Assembly: GCA_947073045.1 (NCBI GenBank) | Contig: CAMTJU010000001.1 | Coordinates: 45,783 to 109,782, forward strand | Direction of reading: 5' to 3' | DNA length: 64,000 nt | Origin: an uncultured Clostridia bacterium | Lineage (GTDB): Bacteria; Bacillota; Clostridia; Lachnospirales; CAMVHY01 | Shown: piece by piece, positions 9,717-19,585 of the stretch | Layout of the letters: every line of letters starts with the position of its first letter | Numbering within the stretch: position 1 is the first letter of the stretch | The notes under the pieces: model-generated | Told to the model about the DNA's origin: nothing | The model's input: the letters and a program-made list of their open reading frames with translations, nothing else | Database searches by the model: none | Position numbers and translations under genes: made by a program

Positions 9717-11507
9717 TTATTTTAATTCATATTGTCCCGTACAAAGTTGATAATAACGACCTTTTTGATTAATTAAATCATCGTGGTCGCCTCGCTCAAT
9801 TATTTGACCATTTTCTATAACAAGTATTGCATTTGCATTTCTTATTGTCGAAAGTCTGTGCGCAATAACAAAAGTAGTTCGTCCATTCATTAATTTATTC
9901 ATTCCATTTTCAATTAATTGTTCAGTACGTGTATCAACCGAGCTTGTTGCTTCATCAAGTATTAATATAGATGGCTGGCTTACTGCAACACGAGCTATGT
10001 TTAATAATTGACGTTGGCCTTGACTCAAATTTTGCCCGTCTTCATGCAATACAGTTTCATAACCATTTGGCAAACGTTTTATAAATAAATGAGCGTTCGA
10101 CAATTTTGCTGCCTCGATACATTCTTCATCAGTTGCATCTAACCTTCCATATCTTATATTTTCCATTACTGTTGCATCAAACAGATGAGTATCTTGCAAA
10201 ACAATGCCAAGTGCCGAACGAAGATTTTTTAATGAAAACTCTTTTATATTTATATCATTTATTGTAATTGAGCCATGCTCTATATCATAAAATCTTGTAA
10301 TTAAATTTGCAATAGTAGTTTTTCCGGCACCAGTTGAACCGACAAGAGCAATTTTTTGTCCAGGCTTTGCGTAAAATGAAACATTATTAAGAACGATTTT
10401 TTCCGGAACGTATCCAAAAATAACATTATTAAATTTAACATCATAAGCCTTATTGTTGTCAAGAGTTAACTTGCTTTGAGAATTTTGCGACTCAATTTCT
10501 TGGTCTATAACTTCAAAAATTCTTTCGGCTCCGGCAAGTGCTGATTGAACGGTAGTAAATTGACTCGAAAGTTCTGAGATTGGCCGTCCAAATTGTCTAG
10601 CTAATTGCAAAAATGATGTAAGCCGTCCGATTGTCAGCCAATTAAATAAAATCAAGACTGCTCCAATTGTTGTTGAAACTGCATAATTTATATTGTTTAT
10701 GTTCATCATTATGGGCATAACAATTCCTGAATAAATTTGAGCTTTTGTAGCTGCCTCACGATAATTATCATTATATTTATCAAAACTAGATTTTATATTT
10801 TCTTCGTAACAAAATGCTTTAACAACTTTTTGCCCTTCCATTGTTTCCTCAATAAATCCATTTAGTGCACCAAGAGTTTTTTGCTGGCTGCGAAAATTTT
10901 CGCCACTTATTTTTATTATAAATGATGATGATTTGAACATAACTGGCAACATTAAACAAGTTACTATTGCTAGCAATGGACTTAGGTAAATCATAGCGCA
11001 AAATGTTCCCAATAAAGTTATTGCACTCGAAATTAAATTAGGCAAACTGTTATTTAATGCATCACTTATATTATCCATATCATTTGTAAAACGACTCATG
11101 ATTTCACCATGTGGGATTGAATCAAAATATTTTATAGGTAGATATTCCATTTTAGCAAATAAATCCTTGCGTATAGAGTTAACTGTTTTTTGCGCTAGGC
11201 TAAGCGAAATAAAATTGCACGCATAATTTGTTATTATACCAACTAACTGCACTGCTGCAAGCAAACATAAATATTTAAATAAAGTATTTATAGCATTATT
11301 TAACATAGCCGAATTTTTTATAACAATAAGCTTATCAATTAATGGTGCAGTTATCATTGACGGTATGCAGATAGAAATTGAATTTATAATTACAGAAACA
11401 ACAAAAATATAAAACAAAACTTTTTCTGTGCCTACGTATTTCATTAAGCGTGAGAATGTAGATTTTATATTTTTAGGTTTTGAAAAATTATTGTTCTTAC
11501 CTTTCAC
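9717..11507 (-). CDS. ABC transporter ATP-binding/permease protein (exporter half-transporter)
   Basis: 596-aa ORF with a 6-TM domain plus an NBD: Walker A GSTGAGKTT, signature LSQGQRQ, Walker B ILILDEATS. Confidence 0.85.
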   Translation of the reverse strand: MKGKNNNFSKPKNIKSTFSRLMKYVGTEKVLFYIFVVSVIINSISICIPSMITAPLIDKLIVIKNSAMLNNAINTLFKYLCLLAAVQLVGIITNYACNFISLSLAQKTVNSIRKDLFAKMEYLPIKYFDSIPHGEIMSRFTNDMDNISDALNNSLPNLISSAITLLGTFCAMIYLSPLLAIVTCLMLPVMFKSSSFIIKISGENFRSQQKTLGALNGFIEETMEGQKVVKAFCYEENIKSSFDKYNDNYREAATKAQIYSGIVMPIMMNINNINYAVSTTIGAVLILFNWLTIGRLTSFLQLARQFGRPISELSSQFTTVQSALAGAERIFEVIDQEIESQNSQSKLTLDNNKAYDVKFNNVIFGYVPEKIVLNNVSFYAKPGQKIALVGSTGAGKTTIANLITRFYDIEHGSITINDINIKEFSLKNLRSALGIVLQDTHLFDATVMENIRYGRLDATDEECIEAAKLSNAHLFIKRLPNGYETVLHEDGQNLSQGQRQLLNIARVAVSQPSILILDEATSSVDTRTEQLIENGMNKLMNGRTTFVIAHRLSTIRNANAILVIENGQIIERGDHDDLINQKGRYYQLCTGQYELK

Positions 11508-11528
11508 GATTTTCTCACTTCCTTATTC

Positions 11529-13259
11529 TTAATTTGCTTTAATAGAACGATTTTGCGATTGATAAATATCTTTGTATATTTGATTCGAACTTAATAATTC
11601 ATCATGTGTACCAATAGCTGAAATTTGTCCATTATCTAAAATAATAATTTTATCAGCGTCTTTTATTGAACTTATTCTTTGCGCAATAATTATTTTGATT
11701 GAATCTTTTAAATCAGAATGAAAACTTTTGTATATATTTGATTCAGTTGTAGAATCAACAGCACTCGTACTATCATCAAGTATCAAAATTTCAGGCTGTT
11801 TAATCATTGCACGCGCAATACATAATCTTTGTTTTTGACCGCCTGATATATTTACTCCCATTTGTCCAAGATTTGTTTGATATTTATCCGGCAGCGACAT
11901 TATAAAATCATGAGCTTGTGCAGCTTTGCATACATTAATTATTTCTTGCTTTGATGCAGCAGGCTTTCCCCATTTTATATTTTCTTCAATCGTTCCGGAA
12001 AAGAGAATATTTTTTTGCATGACAAACCCAATTGAATTTCTTAGAGTTTCTAAATCATAATCGTTTATATTCGTATCATTGATTAAAATTTCACCTTCTG
12101 TAGCATTAAAAAATCTTGGAATAAGTTGTACAAGTGTAGTCTTTGCAGAACTGGTCGCACCTATTATCGCTATTATCTCACCTTTTTTTGCTGTAAAATT
12201 TATATTTTTTAGAGCAAATTCTTGTGCATCCTTATCGTATTTAAAACTTACATTCTTAAATTCAAGAGTTTCAATATTTATTTTGTCTTTCTTTGAATTT
12301 TCGCTACTTACAATATCAATTTTTTCATTTAATACTTCTTGAACTCTTTGAAGCGATGCTTTTGAACGCACAATAAGCAAAAAAACAAAAGATAACATCA
12401 TAACTGAAAAAAGGATATTAAATACGTAAGTAATAAATGCAACAAGCTTTCCAATCTCCAAATTCCCAGCAATAAATTTATTACCGCCAAACCACCATAC
12501 AGTTAATGTTGTCATATTTAAAAGCAAAATCATCGTAGGCATAATAATTATAGCAATATTAAACGCACTTATTGTTTTTTGCTTTAATTCATCGGCAACT
12601 TTATCGAATTTTTCTTTTTCAAAATCTTCTCTTACAAATGATTTTATGAGGCGAATGTTTATCAATTCTTCCTGGACAGTTACATTCATTTTATCAATCA
12701 TAGACTGCATTTTTAAAAATCTTGGCATTGCTACAGATGCTACGAAACAAATTATCAAAACAAAAATAGGTATAGCAACCGCAACAATTAAAGCAAGCTG
12801 TGAATCAATAATAGTAATCATAATAAAAGTAAAAATGAGAGTTACTGGCGCACGCAAAAGCATTCTCAATATCATTAGAAATGTCATTTGCAACGTGTTT
12901 ATATCATTAGTAATTCTTGTAATAAGCGATGACACACTAAATTTATCAATATTGCTAAAAGAAAATTCTTGGATATGCGAAAACAAGTCCTTTCGCAATT
13001 CAGATGCAAAACCTTGTGAGGCTTTAGCAGATGAATAAATATTGCCAATGCCTAAACAAATTGCAATCAGCGCCAAAAAAGTCATCAATAATCCATAAAC
13101 AATTATATATTTGAAATTCAAATTAGCAATTCCTATATCTACTACATTAGACATTAAAGTTGGTTGAAGCATTTCGCAAACAACTGAAAGTGTAACACTA
13201 ATAATAGCAATTAATAAATACTTGCTGTATTTTTTACAGTATGGATAAAAAAATTTCAT
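11529..13259 (-). CDS. ABC transporter ATP-binding/permease protein (partner half-transporter)
   Basis: TM domain plus NBD with a degenerate Walker A (GATSSAKTT), signature ISGGQKQ and ILILDDSTS. Start set at the ATG at 13259 (MKFFYPY..) after GGAGG. This looks like a heterodimeric exporter with one degenerate site. Confidence 0.85.
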   Translation of the reverse strand: MKFFYPYCKKYSKYLLIAIISVTLSVVCEMLQPTLMSNVVDIGIANLNFKYIIVYGLLMTFLALIAICLGIGNIYSSAKASQGFASELRKDLFSHIQEFSFSNIDKFSVSSLITRITNDINTLQMTFLMILRMLLRAPVTLIFTFIMITIIDSQLALIVAVAIPIFVLIICFVASVAMPRFLKMQSMIDKMNVTVQEELINIRLIKSFVREDFEKEKFDKVADELKQKTISAFNIAIIIMPTMILLLNMTTLTVWWFGGNKFIAGNLEIGKLVAFITYVFNILFSVMMLSFVFLLIVRSKASLQRVQEVLNEKIDIVSSENSKKDKINIETLEFKNVSFKYDKDAQEFALKNINFTAKKGEIIAIIGATSSAKTTLVQLIPRFFNATEGEILINDTNINDYDLETLRNSIGFVMQKNILFSGTIEENIKWGKPAASKQEIINVCKAAQAHDFIMSLPDKYQTNLGQMGVNISGGQKQRLCIARAMIKQPEILILDDSTSAVDSTTESNIYKSFHSDLKDSIKIIIAQRISSIKDADKIIILDNGQISAIGTHDELLSSNQIYKDIYQSQNRSIKAN

Positions 13260-13387
13260 GTTTTCAACCTCCATTTTAAAATTGTTGTATTTCATATTAT
13301 AACCAATTACGCTCGCCTATTCAAATTATTCATTATTTATGAGAAATAATATATAATATTTTTGAATAAAAGTTGGGAGAGATTTAA

Positions 13388-14707
13388 ATGATTGAAATTG
13401 AAATGGATGAATCAAGAAAAAAAAATGTACCACTTGCAAATAGATTTAGGCCTAAGAATTTAAGTGAGTTTGTCGGACAAAAACATATTATTGGAGAAGG
13501 ACAGATTCTTTTCAAAGCAATAGCCAATGATAAATTAATGAACATGATTTTGTATGGACCACCTGGTACGGGAAAAACAACTTTAGCAATGATAATAGCC
13601 GAGCATACAAAAAGTAATTTTGTTAAACTCAATGCAACATTTTCAGGAATAAAAGAAATACGTACAGTAGTCGAAGAAGCAAATAACAGAATAAAATTGA
13701 ATGGCAGACGCACAATTTTATTTATAGACGAAATACATAGGTTTAATAAGGGACAACAAGATGCTCTTTTGCCATACACAGAAAATGGCACATTAATATT
13801 TATTGGAGCAACAACAGAAAATCCATATTTTGAAGTAAACAATGCTCTTATTTCGCGCTCAATTGTTTTTGAATTAAAGCCACTCGATGATAAAGATATG
13901 ATTATTTTAATAAAAAATGTTTTAGCAGACAAAGAAAATGGTTTAGGAAAATATGATTTGTCTGTGACAGATGAGGCAATGGAATTTTTAGCTCAAACAT
14001 CTGCTGGGGACGCACGAATTGTTTTAAATAATCTAGAGCTTTGTCTAATTGCAGCGCCGCTTGATGAAAACGCTCATATGAAAATTGATTTAGAGCTTGT
14101 AGAAAAATGCATCCAGCACAAAAAAATAAGCTATGATAAATCCGGCGATAATCATTATGATGTTATCTCTGCATTTATTAAAAGTATGCGTGGTTCTGAT
14201 CCGGATGCCGCCGTGCATTATTTAGCTAGAATGATTGAGGCTGGCGAAGACCCTGTATTTATTGCGCGCAGAATTGTAATTTGTGCATCGGAAGATGTCG
14301 GCAATGCCGATCCACATGCATTACAAATTGCAGTTGCTGCCGCCAATGCTGTGAAATTTGTGGGATTTCCGGAAGCCAGAATAATTTTGGCGCAGGCCGT
14401 AATTTATATTTCTTGCGCACCTAAAAGTAATTCAAGCTACTTGGCAATCGACAATGCAATTAATGATGTAAGGACAAAAAATATTGGGCAAGTTCCGATT
14501 CATTTAAGAGATTCACATTACAAAGGAGCCGAAAAATTACAAAGAGGTACAGGTTATAAATATGCGCACGATTACGAAAATCATTACGTGAAACAACAAT
14601 ACTTGCCAGACGAATTAGTTGGTACGGTTTATTATAATCCAACAGAAAATGGCGTCGAAAAAAGAATTAAGCAACACATGGAAAATTTGAAAGGAAGTTC
14701 AAAATGA
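13388..14707 (+). CDS. rarA: Replication-associated recombination protein A (RarA/MgsA AAA+ ATPase)
   Basis: 439-aa ORF with Walker A GPPGTGKTT, Walker B ILFIDEIHRFNK and the conserved MgsA C-terminal region (YDVISAFIKSMRGSDPDAA). Confidence 0.9.
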   Translation: MIEIEMDESRKKNVPLANRFRPKNLSEFVGQKHIIGEGQILFKAIANDKLMNMILYGPPGTGKTTLAMIIAEHTKSNFVKLNATFSGIKEIRTVVEEANNRIKLNGRRTILFIDEIHRFNKGQQDALLPYTENGTLIFIGATTENPYFEVNNALISRSIVFELKPLDDKDMIILIKNVLADKENGLGKYDLSVTDEAMEFLAQTSAGDARIVLNNLELCLIAAPLDENAHMKIDLELVEKCIQHKKISYDKSGDNHYDVISAFIKSMRGSDPDAAVHYLARMIEAGEDPVFIARRIVICASEDVGNADPHALQIAVAAANAVKFVGFPEARIILAQAVIYISCAPKSNSSYLAIDNAINDVRTKNIGQVPIHLRDSHYKGAEKLQRGTGYKYAHDYENHYVKQQYLPDELVGTVYYNPTENGVEKRIKQHMENLKGSSK

Positions 14708-15909
14708 AAATAGTAGTAATAGGTGGCGGCGCAGCTGGAATGATAGCAGCAGGAAAAGCTAGCGAAAATAAAAGCAACGAAGTCGTCCTTATCGAAAAAA
14801 ATAATAAGCTTGGGAAAAAATTATTTATAACGGGCAAAGGCAGATGTAATTTAACAAATGCGGTTGGAAAAGATTTTTTGCTGGAAAATACTTTCGGCAA
14901 TAAAAAATTTTTATATCCCGCATTAAATAATTTTGGTATTGAGCAAACAATGGAATTTTTTGAAAAGCTTGGTGTAAAATTGAAAATTGAGCGCGGCGGC
15001 AGAGTCTTTCCGCTTTCCGATAAATCACAAGATATAATAGACGCATTAAAAAAACACATGAACAGTGTAAAAATAAAATTAAATACTGCAGTCGAGAAAA
15101 TTGTTGCGCATGACAATAAAATAAAAGGCGTAAAAACAAGCAACGGATTTATTGAATGCGATAAAGTAATTTTAGCAACTGGCGGCAAATCTTATCCAGT
15201 AACCGGTTCAACTGGTGACGGATACATTTTCGCAAAAAGTTTGGGTCATACAATAATAAAACCACTGCCGTCGTTAGTCCCAATAATTACAAAAGAACAT
15301 TATGATTTACAAGGATTGAGTTCAAAAAATGTGGGAATGGTTTTGAAAAAAGATAACAAAATTTTATATAAAGATTTTGGCGAAATGATTTTCACACATT
15401 TTGGCTTGAGCGGCCCAATAATATTATCAGCTAGCAGATTTTTATTAAATAATTTTTCCAATACGCAAATTATTTTTGATTTAAAGCCCGCACTCTCAAC
15501 TGAACAATTGGATTTAAGATTACAGCGCGATTTCAAAAAGTACTTGAACTGCGATTTTAAAAATGCACTAAAAGATTTATTGCCACAAAAATTAATACCA
15601 GTTATTGTGGAAATTATCGGGATTTACCCAAACAAAAAAGTTAATACAATAAAAAAAGATGAACGCAAAAAATTGGTTCATCTTCTAAAAAATTTTGTGT
15701 TTACACCAATTAAATCATTGGGATTCGAAAATGCAATCATAACATCCGGCGGAGTTTGCACAAAAGAAATTAATCCATCTACAATGGAATCAAAAATTGT
15801 AAATGGATTATATTTTGCAGGCGAAATAATTGATATTGATGCCTTGACAGGCGGTTTTAATTTGCAAATTGCATTTTCCACAGGTTATTTAGCTGGAAAA
15901 AATGCTTGA
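14704..15909 (+). CDS. NAD(P)/FAD-dependent oxidoreductase, HI0933/YhiN (BaiN-like) family
   Basis: 401-aa ORF with the N-terminal dinucleotide fold MKIVVIGGGAAGMIAAG. Ends with TGA at 15907..15909. Its last ~103 codons are the template for the decayed copies at 23091.., 26782.. and, for an earlier segment, 19290.. Confidence 0.85.
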   Translation: MKIVVIGGGAAGMIAAGKASENKSNEVVLIEKNNKLGKKLFITGKGRCNLTNAVGKDFLLENTFGNKKFLYPALNNFGIEQTMEFFEKLGVKLKIERGGRVFPLSDKSQDIIDALKKHMNSVKIKLNTAVEKIVAHDNKIKGVKTSNGFIECDKVILATGGKSYPVTGSTGDGYIFAKSLGHTIIKPLPSLVPIITKEHYDLQGLSSKNVGMVLKKDNKILYKDFGEMIFTHFGLSGPIILSASRFLLNNFSNTQIIFDLKPALSTEQLDLRLQRDFKKYLNCDFKNALKDLLPQKLIPVIVEIIGIYPNKKVNTIKKDERKKLVHLLKNFVFTPIKSLGFENAIITSGGVCTKEINPSTMESKIVNGLYFAGEIIDIDALTGGFNLQIAFSTGYLAGKNA

Positions 15910-15913
15910 TTAT

Positions 15914-18859
15914 TTATCTTGTTGAAATTTTTTGGTTTTTTTGGTTTTGTTTTTCCTCTGAATTTATTTTGGCGAGTATTTGTAATGGACTTTCTTTATC
16001 TTTAAGTTCACTTTCCATTTCATTATGCAATTTATTAAATCTTGATAATAAAGATTCATTATTTTCTGCAAGTGTATTATGAATTGGCATTGGATATACT
16101 CCAATAGAACACATTTGAGAAAGTTTATATATATCTTTAATTATACTAAACTTACGATTATCTCTTATATGTGGTGATTCTAATACATCAATTGCATTTT
16201 GCACCAAAATTCCTGTAGGATCGTTGAATTCAATTTTAAATAATTCGTATTTCAAATAATCAGGAATTTCCGATTTTGTAAATTCTTTATTAAAAACAAC
16301 ATCTGGATACTTACGCGCATCTTGAATTAACTTCAACTTCAGATCATTTCTTACACCTAAAGTTGATATTTTACTTATATTTTCAATTAAATTTTTTGCA
16401 GATACAGGTGAAACTGAAACATTTACAAAATCATTATTAATAATATCAGCTAACATAAGTATATTCCCTGAAAAAGTTTTGGATTCTAATATTTTACTAA
16501 TACCATCATTAAATTCAGGATAAACATTTTGATACGCAATTAAATTATCAAACGTCTGACTTGACAATTCACTAAAGTTATCCAGCTTTTTATTTAAATC
16601 ATTGATTTGGCTCAAAAGTTGTTTTTTACTTCGCCTGTTTTTTGGAAAAATTGAATGCCACCACTTAATTTTATTTAATGATTCTTTTGTTGCCTCTAAT
16701 TCTTTTTTGTCTTTTTCATTTTGAGAATAAAGTGCATTAAAAAAACCATTATTAATTGTTTTAGCAATTTTACTTAATTCTTCTCGACTTTCATTTGACA
16801 TATAAGCTGCAGAATTAGTTAACACATTTAATACAGTTAACATTTTTCCGGTTTTATCTTTTTGTAAAATTTCAATAGCAGGTGATACCTCACGAATTGT
16901 TTTAGCTATTTTTACTAATTCTTCTCGCCTTTCATCTGACATATAATTATCTGAATTAGTTAATTTGGCCAATATATCTGACATTTTCCCGGTTTCATCT
17001 TTCTGTAAAATTCCAACAGCAGGCGTTACATCAGGAATTATTTTAGCTATTTTCACTAATTCTTCTCGACTTTCATCTGACATATAATCTTCCGAATTAG
17101 TTAATTTGGCCAATATATCTGACATTTTTCCAGTTTCACTTATTTTTTGTAAATAATAAACAGCAACTGATATATCAACAAAATCTTTGCTATTATTATT
17201 AATCACTTTCGCAAATTCTCTTAATTTTTCTAGCTCTTTATTCGATTTATAAGAATCTGGATTCTTTAATATGTCTAATATATAATTTAATTCTTTCTCT
17301 TTGCCTATTTTTTTTAAATTATAAGCAGCAGTTGATATATCAGTATTTTCTGGCAAAAAAATCATGCGTTTACGATATTTTTGACCAGTTGAATCTTCAA
17401 GATAAACAGATAAGCGTTCATTTATGTTGATTTTTTGATGGCCTGGTGAACTCATATATGGTACATCAGATTCAGGTTCTTGATAAATTACACCTTTTAA
17501 ACTTTTAAAACCAAAGTTGTTATTTGCATACATTATCTCTATCGAAATATCTGATACTAAAATCATTTGAATAATTTCTCTCAAATTTTTTTGTATATCT
17601 TCATCTTTTTCGGAGAAAAGTACAAGACTCATTATTTTTCTTCGGTTTGGTTCATCAATTGTATCTACTAAGTCAAATAATCTATCTTGTTCAAATTTTG
17701 ACAACTCATTTTTAAAGTAATTACTACGCTTCAGCTCTTCTTTAAGTCTTTGGATATCATCTTTTGTCGGCATTTCATTAAAAGAAACATAACTTACATA
17801 TTGATATTCAAAAAAGAAATAATACTTTTGTAATTCAGTTTTCAAAATTTCATAATTAGTTAAATCATTTTCATTATTAGTTAAATCATTTTCATTATTA
17901 GTTAAATCATTTTCATTATTAGTTAAATCATTTTCATTCACTTGAGTGCTCAATTCAGCCAATTTATTTAAAAGCCACTTGAGCTTTTGCATATATTCAA
18001 ATATTTTATAAACATTTTCAAACATAGGAATATTGGCATTATGAGGATTTAAAAAACAGACTTTATCATTTATTATTACATACAAATGCGGTAATATATC
18101 GCTTTTTACTTTAGATAACTCTTTATTTAAATTTTCATTTTGAAAAGATATTTTACCTGAATTTAAGTTATCCCAAAAATCTTGATCCGAATTACGATAA
18201 AATTGATTTTGTGACAAAAATCCAAAAGCATTATCCATAATTTTACTTACTTCAAAATATTCATCTTTAAATTTCAAATTAAAAAAAATATCGTTTACTT
18301 GCTTAATATATTTATTTAATTCTTCTTTGTCTTCTTTGGACATATCTTTAAATAATTCATTACATTTATCCAAAATTGTTTTGAAATAATTAACACAATA
18401 TTTTTTACCTTCATGTTCAAAAACACAAAATCGAGCAACTTCACTTGAAGCAAAATTATTATCATCTATGGGTACAATATCTAAATTTTCTTCGTAAATC
18501 TTTGGTGACCTCAATTTATCTAATTCTTTTTTATATTCATTATAATTTCCTCCCTTATTGTTGGCACACTCAAAAGCAAATCCATGCAAAGCAACACAAT
18601 TCAAAAGCATACTTTGCATATTTTTTACATATTCATAACTCAAGTTCGGATTTGTAAGATGAAGCGTAAATATATCTGATGTAAATTCACCAATATCAGT
18701 AGCTTCATGATTTATAAGATATTCAGCTTTAAAACCAGTTATATATAAACCTCTAGCCATCATACTTAAACGTTCTGCTAACTCTTCGTCACCTTGTGTC
18801 ACTTTTTTTAAAGTTTTATCAATTTCTTTCCATCTTTCAGTACCTATAACTCCTTCCAT
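15914..18859 (-). CDS. Large paralog A (981 aa), uncharacterised family, no recognisable domain
   Basis: Long ORF after RBS AAGGAGGAG, N-terminus MEGVIGTERWKEIDKTLKKVTQGDEELAERLS. Shares colinear conserved blocks with the ORFs at 19562.., 23352.. and 27088.. Confidence 0.8.
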   Translation of the reverse strand: MEGVIGTERWKEIDKTLKKVTQGDEELAERLSMMARGLYITGFKAEYLINHEATDIGEFTSDIFTLHLTNPNLSYEYVKNMQSMLLNCVALHGFAFECANNKGGNYNEYKKELDKLRSPKIYEENLDIVPIDDNNFASSEVARFCVFEHEGKKYCVNYFKTILDKCNELFKDMSKEDKEELNKYIKQVNDIFFNLKFKDEYFEVSKIMDNAFGFLSQNQFYRNSDQDFWDNLNSGKISFQNENLNKELSKVKSDILPHLYVIINDKVCFLNPHNANIPMFENVYKIFEYMQKLKWLLNKLAELSTQVNENDLTNNENDLTNNENDLTNNENDLTNYEILKTELQKYYFFFEYQYVSYVSFNEMPTKDDIQRLKEELKRSNYFKNELSKFEQDRLFDLVDTIDEPNRRKIMSLVLFSEKDEDIQKNLREIIQMILVSDISIEIMYANNNFGFKSLKGVIYQEPESDVPYMSSPGHQKININERLSVYLEDSTGQKYRKRMIFLPENTDISTAAYNLKKIGKEKELNYILDILKNPDSYKSNKELEKLREFAKVINNNSKDFVDISVAVYYLQKISETGKMSDILAKLTNSEDYMSDESREELVKIAKIIPDVTPAVGILQKDETGKMSDILAKLTNSDNYMSDERREELVKIAKTIREVSPAIEILQKDKTGKMLTVLNVLTNSAAYMSNESREELSKIAKTINNGFFNALYSQNEKDKKELEATKESLNKIKWWHSIFPKNRRSKKQLLSQINDLNKKLDNFSELSSQTFDNLIAYQNVYPEFNDGISKILESKTFSGNILMLADIINNDFVNVSVSPVSAKNLIENISKISTLGVRNDLKLKLIQDARKYPDVVFNKEFTKSEIPDYLKYELFKIEFNDPTGILVQNAIDVLESPHIRDNRKFSIIKDIYKLSQMCSIGVYPMPIHNTLAENNESLLSRFNKLHNEMESELKDKESPLQILAKINSEEKQNQKNQKISTR
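16759..17181 (-). repeat. Three tandem 141-bp (47-aa) in-frame repeats inside paralog A
   Basis: Period 141 nt, with unit starts near 16759, 16900 and 17041. Encodes ..TGKMSDILAKLTNS(E/D)(D/N)YMSDE(S/R)REELVKIAK.. three times. The other paralogs carry one such unit. Confidence 0.8.
17855..17938 (-). repeat. Perfect 4 x 21-bp tandem repeat inside paralog A
   Basis: ATTAGTTAAATCATTTTCATT x4 on the + strand, encoding (NENDLTN)x4 at residues 308-335. Paralogs B and D have a single related unit (NENDLNN / NEGDLVN). Confidence 0.9.
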
Positions 18860-18917
18860 TGAAATCTCCTCCTTCTTATAACTTTAGTATAAATTCAAGA
18901 GAAAATACTGATACTTA

Positions 18918-18946
18918 ATTATATCATTATTAATTAATAAATTCAA
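18918..18946 (-). promoter_or_regulatory. Sigma-A-type promoter of paralog A
   Basis: Minus strand: TTGAAT, 17 nt, TGATATAAT (extended -10). Same geometry in all four units. About 60-nt leader to the ATG. Confidence 0.5.
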
Positions 18947-19035
18947 ATCAAATAATATTTTTGCCAAAAATTAACTTAAAAAAACTTACCATTGATAATA
19001 TGTAACATAATTCATTCTTTTAGGCAAAAATTTAA

Positions 19036-19090
19036 CACAAAAAATGACCCCATTTTATTAAATTTTTCATTTAATAATTTGAGGTCATTT
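19036..19090 (-). terminator. Long-stem terminator now serving paralog B (inherited from the Cys-protein gene terminator)
   Basis: ~22-bp stem AAATGACCTCAAATTATTAAAT / ATTTAATAAAATGGGGTCATTT followed by TTTTTTGTGTT on the minus strand. The 80 nt here are identical to 30508..30587. Confidence 0.5.
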
Positions 19091-19119
19091 CAATTAATTA
19101 GATTAATTTTTGCTTATTG

Positions 19120-19285
19120 TTAATTGTTGCATCCGCAGTCATTATTAATTGTATTTACACCAGACATCCATACTTAGAATATTTGAGCTAATACCTGCTA
19201 AAAATTCAGGTTTTTGAGGAGGCGCAAACATATTCCAAAAAAATCATATGAGTTAAGCTGTAAAACATTTTAACATTATTTTGCT
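19120..19285 (-). pseudogene. Decayed 3' fragment of the Cys-terminated protein gene (copy 1)
   Basis: Aligns by eye to 30597..~30790 (TTAATTGTTGCATCCGCAGTCATTATTA...), with substitutions and a deletion. The right end is approximate. Confidence 0.65.
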
Positions 19286-19289
19286 ATAC

Positions 19290-19585
19290 ATAAGCCTTTT
19301 GACATTACTTTTAATAATAAAGATCATTATGATTTACAAGGATTGAGTTTAAAAAACGTGAAAATAATTTTGAAAAAATGCAGTAAAATTTTATATAATA
19401 ATTTTAACAAAATGAACCTCACACATTTAGACTTAAGTGACTTAATAATATCTAAACAAGCAGATTTTTATTAAATAATTTTTTCAATTACGAAAATTAC
19501 TTTTGATTTAAAACCCACACATTCTTAACTGAACAACTAGATTTAAGATTACAACATAATTTCAAAAAGTATCTGAGCTAGAAAA
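19290..19585 (+). pseudogene. Decayed internal fragment of the flavoprotein gene (matches about 15280..15560)
   Basis: GATCATTATGATTTACAAGGATTGAG... aligns to 15295.. (EHYDLQGL..) and carries many GC-to-AT changes and stops. The left end is approximate. The right end is overlapped by the paralog B stop. Confidence 0.75.

Noticed and set aside
13384-13932. 182-aa antisense ORF inside rarA. Similar antisense ORFs occur at 584..883, 1445..1702, 12646..13038, 14667..15188, 30835..31380, 37434..37841, 52765..53109, 59785..60566 and 60805..61062.
   Set aside because: These are shadow ORFs opposite well-supported genes. Their composition is low-complexity or hydrophobic, and they have no RBS and no recognisable motifs.
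17855-17938. Short perfect direct repeats (21 bp x4) looked superficially CRISPR-like.
   Set aside because: The repeats are contiguous with no spacers, lie in frame inside a long ORF and encode a repeated heptapeptide. No cas genes are in the window.
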